A stretch of DNA of 64,000 nucleotides from Aplysia californica (Eukaryota), in contig NW_004797602.1 in NCBI RefSeq assembly GCF_000002075.1, positions 34,304-98,303 of the forward strand, in the 5' to 3' direction. How positions within the stretch are numbered: position 1 is the first letter of the stretch; every line of letters starts with the position of its first letter. The notes under the pieces are model-generated. The model searched no databases. It was not told the DNA's origin and was given only the letters and a program-made list of their open reading frames with translations. The translations under genes and the position numbers were made by a program. This document shows, one piece after another, positions 46,771 to 59,100 of the stretch.

Positions 46771-48441
46771 CCAATCAGGCATGAATGAAATTCGTACTTT
46801 CCGACATAGGATCATTCCGACATTGCATAGATAGGCCTACTTTTTTTTTTCACCGTCAGGCCAATGTTTTTATTCTCACATTTTCCTGTAGGAAGTGGTT
46901 GTTCTCTGTCTTGCTATTCTCACCCCTCCCTTGTTTTAAATTTAATGGCACAAGAACTAAAACCCTTGCAAATCTATTGTTTTCAAGTAAATATCGATCC
47001 TAATTGCCGAAACATCTAGATCTAGATCTAATCATTGTGAAATGCAGAGGGGCATGCCCCCCTGAAAACCCAGGTCAGGAGGGGGGGGGGGGAGGAGGGG
47101 GGTGGGCTGAAACCCACCATGTTGTTAAAATCAACTCAAATATTAGAACTACTATTTTCAAATATCAATAACTCAATAACTATTGATTCGCAGCAAAAAT
47201 GTAGGCCATATATATATTCATTTTCAGCATGCAAAATATTAGATCTACTAGAAAAGAAAGTATAAAACGTGAACATGAGACGGGTGCATGATGAGTAAAA
47301 AAAACCTTTTGTATTCTTTTACTTTCTCTCCCGTCTCATACACTTGGCTACCAGTTGTCCTTTTTCTACTATATTGATTGGCCACACGTGAATCAACTTC
47401 ATTTCCATTGCAAATGAAGTTTTTTAAATGTTTGATTGTTCTTAATTCAGAGCTATATTATATATAATAATAATATCACACTCTATGCCTAACCGCGTAA
47501 TAATTTGCATGCTTTGGATCAATCGGGGGGGGGGGGGGGGGGGAGGGGTTCTGTGGGGCCTGCTCCCCGTGGGATAAAAAAAGATCTTGGGGGTTACAGG
47601 GGGGCATGCACCCCTGTCTTTACCTATAATTTGATATTTTACAGTAAAAGGTAAATGGAAATTTTCTTGAAAATAGTTGATTTGTGACAATTTTGGCAGC
47701 TTTGTGTTATCTGCAGCAAACAATACTACTGCAGTTTGACCCCCGAAGCTGTTCATCTGTGTGCAGGAGTGAAAGTAAAAATTTTCCCCATCTCTTCTTA
47801 TTTTCGTATGACTTCACTCCCTCTACGGCAACAACCCTCCCCCTAGATTTGTAGACCAGTCCTGGCACTAACCTCATCATAATGCTCCAGCGATGAAGTT
47901 ACCAGAATACAGTAGAACATGACTATAGAGGCCACCGCTGCAGCAGGACCTTATTGGAATCCCCTTTTTTTGTCTCTATCAAACTCAATTAACTGTGCTA
48001 GGGTCGGTGTAAGGAAAGGCCCGAACTTGGATACACAGATACCAGGAGAGATCAAGCGAGCTCTAGCGTAGGGGTGGGGGGTGTAGATAGACTCCAAACA
48101 GGCAGTCAGCGATGCAGTGTTGTGATTAACCAGTCCTGTGATGAGTGAAGTGGGGCGGAGAGATGCGGGTGAGCCACTCCAAAAGTGATACCGGTAGTGC
48201 CATAGCCTTAGGCCTAGGCTAGGCCTATTTAAAAAGACAGTAAAAGAAAGAGGAGAACGAGTAGTGTGTTATTTTTCGGCAATAACAATTCCCCTTTGCA
48301 TTCCTATAGCGGGAACATGCCTACAGCGGGATTTTTGCTCTGGAGCTAAAAGTCCCGATATAGCAAAAGATCAAATCAAATCTTAAAAATCACAGTGTCT
48401 TTCTTCAATGGCTGACAAAGAAAGAACAAGTGAAATCTGGC

Positions 48442-48655
48442 CTGGAAGAAGACTTAGAAGTAGAGAAGTAGAAGCACGGCGCAAATCAGATGGGTCATGT
48501 GACTACATAAAATCTGGGCGTGTCTATATGCGCGTGCACCAATTTAACCCTTTTTTCTGGAAGAAGACTTAGAAGTAGAAGCGCGGCGCAAATCAGACGG
48601 GTCACGTGACTACGTAAAATCTGGCCATGTCTATATGCGCGTGCACCAATTTAAA
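48442..48655. repeat. Tandem duplication, 2 x ~115 bp
   Basis: ctggaagaagacttagaagtaga...gcgcgtgcaccaatttaa occurs twice. Confidence 0.85.
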
Positions 48656-50170
48656 CAATTTTTTTTAGAACTCACGCTATTGGGTGCACCAGTACGCATG
48701 CGATTGTTTGTGTGCAAGACATACTTTACTATGCACGCAAATCCGTTAATTTCACTCTTCTTTTGCCCTTCAGAATTATGTTTCCCCTTTTCTGTCGGGG
48801 GCCTAAATCACTAAATGTGCTCAGACGAGATGATGAGAATTGATAAATAACCTGAGTCTTCACTCTTGTAAACCTTAGTCTTGATATAAGACGTTTAGAG
48901 ACTCCATGCAGCCTGTACAACTGTTTAATTTTCAGAATTTTTGAATTCCTCCGATTTTCTGCTGAAAAAAAATGCCTCAGAAGAACAGAACACATGAGGT
49001 TGCATAGCAACATAATGGAATGTAACTCTGGGTGACTTTCCTTCAAGTCGCTCAATAGTAGCCTTTCTTGTAGATTCAATGTCCCTTCTTCCAGTTCAGT
49101 ACGACTGTCCAAACCTAACACCGTGCTTGCCCATAGACTCAGCCGTAAAATCTCGTGGTCTTGGTCTCGTCTCGTGGGCTAGCCTACAAAAAAAAACACT
49201 GATTGGGAATAGGCAAATAAATTCTACTTATTCCCAACCATATATTAAGCATGATCACATCTCTGTTTCTCGTTAGGCTACTTTAACTTTAATTTACTGA
49301 CGATGATGAATAGGCTATTTTATTAAATTAATATACCCACAATTATTAATTATTGTTCTTGACTTTTATATAGTGAAATCCCCGTTATCGGGCACTCCTC
49401 AAGATAAAAAAATTGAAGGAAACAGCATTTTTTCTCTTGTTTGGCAATTTTTATAAGTTTTTCTGTTTTGCTTCAGGCTGGAAGTTTTCTGACTTTCCGT
49501 AGTACCAGAAGCTTGCCCATGCTCATAAATTTCATGTGTATATTCTCTTCATTCACATATATCTCCTACTTTCTTTCTCTGCAAGATCATACTACACCAT
49601 TAACTAGCTTAAATAAATGTTTAGCTCCTGTGCTTTTAGTTAAAACCTTATTGACCATCATTCTCAGATTCTGTGAGGTGAAGAGCGAAGTATTTTTTTT
49701 TCTTTTATAAACTTGACTGTCATGGTGACACTCAAATGGCTAGTCTATTCACTCTTTAAATATGTTTCTTGGATTGACCTTGAGAAAGGGGGGGAGGGGG
49801 TGCAAGAAGTAAACTCTTAGTCAAACCCTCAGTACTTTAGACTTGGGGATACAAAAAGCCAGTCACAGAAAATTGAAGAAACAAATTATGTAGTTTGTTT
49901 TTACCTATGATGCATGTGTGTACATTCATGTGGAAAATACTTTTTTTTAAATAGTTTATGTTTGCAAATTCTTTGTCAACTTGTGTTGTGCTCATGTTTG
50001 TATTATATAAATAGAAAACCACTTTGCTGTGTTGTATCTCTAAACATGAATTTTAGTTCTTCTGGGGCTTTTTTTGTCCACAGATGCATATCTGATCAAT
50101 AGCAATCTTCATTTGTCACGACTTGGTGGTTATATCTGTTCGTTGAGCAGACGTGAAATAGACTTCTTCA

Positions 50171-53100
50171 ATGGAATTTCAAGTGTTCCACGATGTGCTA
50201 TCGAACAAGGAAAATGGTGTGGCAGGGACAAAGAATAAGGTTAGTAAATGAAATATTATATATGTGATTGTAAATACTTTTCGCCCCTGTTAATTAATAC
50301 AATTTAGTTCAATATTGGGGAGGGCTGATTCAGTGCTGCCTGTTAGGGCCATTCTGGGCTGAGGTGAATGCAGCATCCCAGCATACAGTTGGAAGGAACT
50401 CGATTAAAAAAACCTCCACTCTCAGGCGTGTCAAAGTCACATATTTTGCATGCAATGGGGAAGAGACTAACCACCACACTACAGAGACAGATGTTCAGTG
50501 TGTAGCGGTTGGGTATTTTTTGTTTTCCACATGACTTTTGTTAGATCAAAATTATCTTTAGAACTTTAGCAAGTTCATTGAATATTAAATCAATTTGTAG
50601 GCAAAAGAAGTTGGTCTGTGTCTGTCCCATTTCCAAAGATATTACTGTTTCATTTCTGTCTTCTTTCACATTCCACACACATTTTATGTGTTTAATTTGT
50701 GTGTGAGAGAGCATTTGTGTATGGGTGGTGTGCAATCACATGTTTGTGTTGTGAAACACCAAAGCGATGTGCCAGCGTCTGGACAATAATGATTCACTTC
50801 TTTTCTCCTCAGGTTATTCCAAATCAAGAAACCAACAGCTACCCAGCCCGCACTCCCCTTCAGGATGTGAGGAACAAAAGAATAAAGGATGTCTTATCTG
50901 GAACTAGTGAGGTTCAGAAGAGTGACCACAGGTAATTGACCCTGTTTCTGGTATTGGTGTTTATTCAACTTTTGGCTCGAAATCTGATAATATAAAGATT
51001 TGTGTGGGTGGTTGGCGGGTGCTCTGGTGTGGCTTGCTCCTTCTTTCCTATCAAATATCTATCGTCCTTATCTCCCCCTCCTTCTTTTTTATGTTAGTTA
51101 CTCTCTTGTATCACCTCTAATCTTCTGGCGCTCATATGACCTTATGCTGTTGCGAGTGCCGAAAAAAACTCTACTAAAACACAAAGATTTGGCACGTTGG
51201 GGAAAGTATTGCTGTAACTTACAATCCACTGGTCTAGTATCCTTGGGGGGGGGGGGGGGGGGGGGGGGGGGGCCGATAAAAAAATCCTCTCTTATGATGT
51301 TTCTGAAAGGTTGAGATATAAATTATCACTTTGTAGCCCAATGCTTTGAATTCAACTGTCCCATGATTTCTCTTTGTTGTGTTTTGTATTATTAATCTGG
51401 TTCATTGTTATTGTTTCTCTGTCTGCCATTTATATCAACAAAAGGCGGTCTTTAGTTTTTGTGTATATCCTTACCTTCTGGATAAAAAGTAAACTGTCAT
51501 GTTTTGTGCTTTAAATGGCAGGACAATATAAAAAAATATTAAAAATAGCCAGATGCTCTTTTTTAAGTATTCAATAAAACATTATTATTTAGAATAGCAG
51601 AACTTTTGTCATATCACCTTTGTCCTGCTCTGATATTGCAAAGTGCTTGCTAGTCTAAGCTTTATATCGAAGTCAATCTGTATCTTTTTTTAACTTTTTC
51701 TCCGTCCTGCACAGACTGGAGGCTCTTGATCTCCTGACACAGGAGACTCCGAAGAAACAACGAAACAAGGCAGTCAGGTCGAGAAGAGTAAGTGAAAATC
51801 AAATTGTGTGGAAAATTGCAATCTCGATCATGATAATATAATACATGTACTGGCATAGTCATAACACAATTGCTGAGTCAAATTTTGTTGTTTTGTTAAA
51901 ACTTTTGTCAAATGTGCATACTGATGACTTGAACAAAAGTGAATATGTCTCAGTAATTTGATTTTTAGCACTCAATACTATACCCTGCTATATTAAGGGT
52001 TTAAAAAAAAACACAAATATCAGGCATTTTTAAACCTTACTAATAACTAGAAACCTGAAAAAATGGACTCAAGCAATTAAGCCTATGCTATATGACCTCG
52101 ACAATGTAGAATTTGGACATGGAGTTCATCAGTGGCTGAGATCTTGGTCAGCTGTCATATTTGCCTCTGTGAAGTGAGAAAAGTTAACAAGACAAACATT
52201 TATAAAATAATATATCAGTCACACCTGCTCTAACGGCCTCATGTATAAGATGATCACCTGTACAAATGGCCACTTCTCATTTCCCCCCTTGCGGTTTTTT
52301 TTGGGGGGGGTCTTTATAATGATACAGATGAAGATGTACACAGTTCAAAGACAACCACTTTTCTCCTCTACAATGTATGCCCGTCTTAAACTGTATATGG
52401 TTTTCCCATTCTGTATTTCCAGTCTTGCTTTGCATCCTTCGACACCCACCCGCCATCTTCAGAGCTCTCCAGTGTCACTCTACCACAGCAGGTGGAGGAA
52501 GAGCCGGACTGCCCTCCTCATGAGCCGCTCATGTCTTTGAAATCACTTCGCCCTGATGATGATGGCGTAGTCGCCTCAACCTCAAAGTCAAACCGAGTTG
52601 TGGTACTAGACACTGTGCCGGAACTTTCCCTGGATCAAGACTGTCTGGGTGCCTCCACTTCAAATCCTCGCTCAGATTGCACTGAGTTGGAGCGTGACGA
52701 GTCAAGAGAGATCAGTGAATCAGTAATAGAAGTAGGTGGGGAAATAACGCTTGGTGCTTCTCAGGATGCAACGAAAGGTCAAGGTGAAGAAGGGCCAAAC
52801 TTTGAGGACAATCCCCATCTGCCTGTCATAGCCGTGGTTGAAAGGGAAACAGATGAGCTGGTTGAGATGATTGTGAATGAATGTGCTTCTGAACTGCAAC
52901 AGGTTTGTTCAATATTTCAAGGGCTAGTTGATAAAGTTGTTTCACTAATGTAATCTTTCAACTACCAATAAAAAAATTATGAAGTTATTAAATTGGAGGA
53001 GGTGGGAGTAGGGGTTAATTTGGAAAACGCCTTAGACATCCAAGCTGGACAAAAAATTTGAGATTTTTTACAAATTTTTCATTCCTTACAATACAAAATA

Positions 53101-56100
53101 ACGAGTTTTGAAGTAATAGGACTGCTTCAAACTAACATTTGTAAATGAATATCTTAGCTCTTTGCATATTTGCATGTGGAGCTATAGAATGTTGTTTGAT
53201 CTGTTTGTAATACAGGCTGAAGGACTAAAACTCAGGTGGCTGCTGGATCTGTAAATTAAAGTAAAAGTATTTGTTTGTGATCTGTTTGCACCGAAAGAAA
53301 TGTGATGACAGTGGTCTCATAGATTGTTTGCGAGACATTTTAAAATTTGTCATTTTTCTTTTTTGCTCTAAATGTATAAGCACTCTGTTTACAGTAGATT
53401 TTGATATATGCATAGTTTTTCTTATTTCACAAACTGGAGTACACTTAGGTTTTATGTCATTACTATTTTTTTATACAAGTATGACTCCTGATATCAGAAA
53501 GTGTTCCGTCTCTTTTAACAATGTTATCGTATTATACACATAACTTCAGATGTTCTATTCAGGTTTATAGCTGCAATGATTGATGATTGAAGTCACTGGA
53601 TAAATGTCTGCCCTCACACACTAACTCATGAATCATTTTTCACCCCCAGCTGTCCAAGTCCCTTGCAGAGTGCTCTGTAGGGTCATTAACTACGCAGGTC
53701 TTTTCACCGTCATCAGCCCATTACGATCACCCCTATTCACAAATTTATCAGAAAGAAGCAAGCAGAGAGCAAATTGCATCATCGACTCCTCTGCACAAGT
53801 CAATGACTGAAATACCCAGTAGCTCCAAACAGAGTGGTTTATCCGTCCAAACAGGTAACCCTATGTGCAGTTCAACTCCAGTTTTGCATCTTCAAGCAGC
53901 GCTGACGAGCAGAGCACAGCGCCTTCTTCTTCCGTCTCCCTGTCTGGCAGACGGAAATTTGTCGACCACTGAAGCTGAAGAACAACACGTTGGTGGAGAT
54001 AATCTCCGGAGTCACACCGCAGCACCACCTTGCTCGCCCATGGGTTCGACCGACAATTTCTGGAAAGGAGAAGCGGACGCAAGACAGTCTTTCTCAACCT
54101 CGCTGAATGAGCTGATGAACATGTCTGCCAACTTGTTCCAGGAAAAATTGGAGGCTCAAGAACTCTCTACAATGATAGAGGCTTACCTGCTGAATACTCC
54201 AGCAGGGGGGAAGAAGGAAGAGGTTTCTCTTTCTTCCTCTTCCGTCAATCGACTTCTCGAGTTAGATTTGACACAGTCAGCTCCTGACGAAAGAGTGGGT
54301 TGTGACGTGTCTGACCATTGCGTGGGTGAGTCTTTCTCTTCTGATGCTGAATCTTTTGCCGTGATTCCACCGTCACCGAATATTCGCTGCGTAAATGTGG
54401 GGAGCACAGCATTCCAGCAGATGACGGACAAAACAAAAGACCTGAATGAGTTTGCAGACATAAATATTGTTAACAGCGACCTCGTAATGTTTACGCCGAA
54501 AAGAAAACACAATGACTTGTCTTCATCCTTACAGAAAAACCATGAAAGCGAGAGCAGAATCTCAAACTCGTCCCAAAACAGTAGTCTTCCTCCCTCAGTG
54601 CTGCCCTTACTAAATGACTCTGTAAAAATTCACAACAGCTGTCAACCATCGGAGGTTCAAGGTGTATCAGCTGTTCAGATGGTGGAGCCTTCAGATTTCA
54701 CTGAGCATTGCTCACACCCTGAGGATGATGAAGGCACTTCTGACAGAGCTGGCAGTATTACGGAAGATATTGTTTCTCATGGTCTAAGTGTCCATATTGG
54801 GAGTGCTATGGGTTACCACTCATTGAGCACTCCGACTCCCGACACTTTCTCGAACTGTAGCACCGGCTCGTCTTTTCAAACAGATTCTTTTTACACCTCT
54901 GCAATTACAAAGGAGAATCAAGAAATGGAGAAATCCACGGGGATTGAATTTTTTAGCTCTGTCTGTACTCATCAGGCTAATCCTACAACACATGAATGTA
55001 CAGATAACCTTGTGTTGACGGATCCAGCGATCTGGGAAATGGTGAACAGGTCAATGGTGACTGATCGTGCTCTACGGGAAATGGTAAATAGATCGATGGA
55101 GACAGATCCAACAGTTCAAGAAATGGTGAACAGATCAATGGTGACGGATCCGACACTTCAAGAAATGGTGAACAGATCAATGGTGACAGATCATGCTGTA
55201 CAGGAAATGGTGAACAGATCAATGGTGACAGATCATACTGAACAGGAAATGGTGAACAAATCACTAATGACAGATCCGACATTACAAGAAATGATGAACA
55301 GGTCCATGATGACAGAAGAAGACTTCTCTGCTAGGACGACAGACACCAGGGACCTCAGCGTTCTGGCTATGGTGGAAGCCCTGAACAAACAGACTATGAC
55401 GGAGAGACACGAGATGGTGGACACTGGTTCGGGAATGACACCTGTCAAGCTGAACAAACCCGGCCGCCGGTAATAGAGGGGAATTTTTGCTCCTTTTGTT
55501 ATAAACCTTTACTGTTGAATCTGCTCTAATGGTCACCCATCCAAGATATTCATCTACAAAAAACTCAACCCACCCCCTGAGTGTTTAAAAAAAAGATATT
55601 ATAATTATAATAATGCTAAATCTAAGACAACCACTTTTCTCCTGTCAATGGGCGGCCGTCTTGGACTATCTTGACTGTATTTAATTTTGGTCTCTGTTAT
55701 TCAAGGTAGTTTAGTTTAGAATGTTCAGATGGGTGTGGTTCCATTTAGCAGATCCTTCTTTTCTTCCCTTGTTTATGTCTGTCTTTCTTGCTTTTTTTTT
55801 TTACACGAGCTCTAAATACCCATAAATGTGTCAGTGTGATTTTCTTTACCAAAGCAGAAAAACAAGAATTTCAACCCCCAAAAAAGTGCACAGAGAGGGA
55901 TTAGTGGATGGTTGACAGGTGCTCTGGTGTAGTTTGCTGCTTCTTCTTTCGTATCAAATATCTTTTGTCTTTATCTCCCCTCCTTCTTTTCTGTGTTTGT
56001 TACTCTCTTGTAACACCTCTAATCTTCAGCATTTAATGACCTTATTGTGTTGCATGTGCAGTAAAACTCTTACTAAAAAGAGGGGTTTAATTCCCTTCAC

Positions 56101-59100
56101 ATTTTGTTACTGCTTTTTATATTAACCATAAGTGTTTTTTTGTGTGCTCAATCATATGTTTTATGTAGATTTTCTACCTGTAAAATCTTTTTTGGGATGA
56201 CTGTATATATATAATATAAGATGTTGATATTTAAGTAATCAGGAATTGATTATTTAATTGCATCAAACTGTTCTTTCCCCTAGATATGATAACAATCAGC
56301 AGTGTGCTGTTATAGTATGCTCTGCCTGGTGAGGAGAATCATAGAATCATGAAAAATGTATCTTGCATGAGGAATATATATGTGTCACGATGCAGTGGAA
56401 TCAGGCGCTCATCAATTTTTGGGCATATGGAGCTATTGGTATCATCTTAAAGGTTTTCATTTGCCTTGCTTTTGATGAAAAAAGTATCCATTTATCTTGA
56501 ATAGAAGTCGAGATATTTGCAATTGAAGGAGGTGGGGTGTCCTGGTTTCAGAGGTAAAATTAGCAAGAAAATGGCCACCAAAGTTTGGTGATTTCCATAG
56601 CTAAAGAGTCCTTGGAAACTGCAAATTAAAATTTGTTATGCCTATAATCAATGTTATTTCCATAAGATTCACACTTTAAAGTGTTTTTTAATAGACATAC
56701 GAGGTGTTGCGACAAAATACAAAAATTCGACAAAAATTTCCAAACTGGCCGAAAAATGCTGATTTCTTCCATTTCATTATTTTGACGAGTGCCTGATTTC
56801 ACCATGATGCCTCACATATATGTATATAGTGTGCTCTGTGTCTGATGCAAGGTTTATAATTTTGACTTTTATTGTTCAGCAGGTTTTTTTAATTGTCCTG
56901 ATTGTAGTTTTAATAGTTATAAACCTGAGAGACAAAAGATAATGAGTGAATTACGAATAAACTTTCGCAACACAACCATTTTTCTGATTCGAAGTCAGAA
57001 AAATGGGTGTGTCATATTTTGTCTCAAATGTATAGTATACTTTGTTGACGTCACTGCTCCTGAACCTCCCAGTTTGCCTGTTCTTTCCTCTAGGATGACA
57101 GCGGAGGACGTGCGGAGACAACACCCTCGGGCCGTGGCCAACCAGCTGGAGACAACTATGGCTGCCAACCAGAGGCTAGAGAAGGAGGTCAAGGCCACTT
57201 CTCACGAGCGCAACCGGCTGCAGGCGTCTCTGAAAGAGTGCAGGGGAAAACTGACGTCTAGTGAGAAACAGCTGGTGGAGCTGAGGGATAACCACACCCA
57301 GGACATTGCTTTACTTGAGGTATTATATCATGTGACATTTGTGGTGTCTTCTTCTTCTCATTCATTTCTAAATGGATATCCCAGTCTCTTGTGCGAAGGC
57401 TGCTGTTTGCCACAAGTCTTCCAGGCTCTCGTAGAGTTTTAGGTCTCCCTGCCTAAGGTTGTGCCAATATATCCTTCTAAATGCCTCAAGCATTTGGGCA
57501 GGCTTGTAGTATAGCTGGTTTCCTGTTTGGCTACTCGTTCTGCACCAGCACTGCTCTGAGTTGCTGATACTGAACTTTGTGTAGAGGTGATGTTTCAGCT
57601 GGTTCTGTCAGGCTGGGAAAATAGAAGCCAAAAGAGGCAGAGGTAGACCAAGCTTATAGAGAACTTGAAGAGATGGGTGAAAGGAGGAGAGCTTCCCTGG
57701 TCTTACCCAAATAGTTTCGCCAACCTCTCCAACTTTTGTCTGTGGGTGGTTGACGGGGTTGGTTCTGTTGTGGTTTGCTCCTTCTATCCAATGAAACATG
57801 TATTGTCTGCATCTCTCCTCCTTCTTTTCTTTGTTTGCTACTCTCCAGTAATACTTCTTGACCGTTGACACATAAATGACATATTTGTGGTGCTAGTGCC
57901 GTTTTAAACTCTTACTAAAACAACTGAACCGACCTTCGTCCTTTGTTCTCAGCAACTCCACGAGGAAGCCTTGTCGGGCCTGCAGAAATGTGTGGAGGAG
58001 AAGCAGAACAGAATCTACCAGCTGGAGCAGGAGCTGAGCCAGTCGAGCGAGATGCTGAGAACGGCGGAGACCAGCTTGTCTGCCAGCGTGGCCGACCTAG
58101 AGCAGGCGTGCGAGTCTCTGGAGCTGTCTAGACAGGAGGCGGAGAAACGACATGCTGAGGAAGTACGTTGTTGTGCAGTTGTTAATTTTTTAAAAATATA
58201 ATAATTTAGTCCTTTCAATGTTTTGTATTTCCCCAGCACCTGAAGCTGTGGGAAATTGTGTTATTCTGTGACATACAAGGTATGTCTATAGGGCATTGAA
58301 GTGGTTAATATAAAGTTTTTAGTTGTGTGTGCAGTCACAGAAGTATTTCATTATTAGACTATGTAACTGTTAAACTGTAAAAAAAATTATGGTGAAAAAG
58401 ACATGTAGACCAAGAATAACTGGTAAAAGTGAAGCATAACACCTTTTTGCCAGGTTGGACCTGGCAGGCTAAGTCAAACAAACCTACCCCTGACATTATC
58501 GAAGTTTTCTGAACGACAGATGTGCTTCTCTTTACTCTAAACAAACAGAAAAAATTATGTCCATTGATTCAGAGAATGGAAGTCCAATTTGAGGGGCTAA
58601 CACATAGAATAATTATGTTAGCTGAATTTGAAAAAGTTGTGTGATAAAATAATTCTGCGTCCACAGATTGAGAGAATGCAAGCGGAGTTTGCGAAGAACA
58701 GCTACAAGGATCAGTTTGAGACGTCCATGAAGGTGATCAGGGAGCTGCAGACGGAGAGGGAGGAATTCCTGGGACTCATGGATGACATTGAAGGGGCTTC
58801 AGCCATGCAGGTTTGTCAGTTTTTCCTTCTTAATCTTACTATCATCTATGGTGGATTGCTGCTACGTGTCACATGATATTGGGGAGTGAGATCTTCTCTT
58901 TTCAAGCAGAATGAGTTGTTCTTGTTGTTGTCTTGCTCTTTCCCTCCAGTAAATGATAGAGTGTCACTGTTCTTATCTTTGTTTGAGGGAAAAAATCTAT
59001 GTTGGATTTTGCCTCACTTAATTGTGACTTGAGTCCTTACCCTTTATTTCTACTTGCATGTCTTTACAGTTCCGTTTGAGAGATTCCCTTCATCATTTGG

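Noticed and set aside
53216-53250. Possible small extra exon in the Astrin-like gene (tacag|GCTGAAGG...)
   Set aside because: The candidate donors give phase 2, while the flanking exons already join in phase 0.
53803-55473. 556-aa ORF as a standalone single-exon gene
   Set aside because: The frame is open upstream to an acceptor at 53650, and a donor precedes the stop; it is an internal exon.
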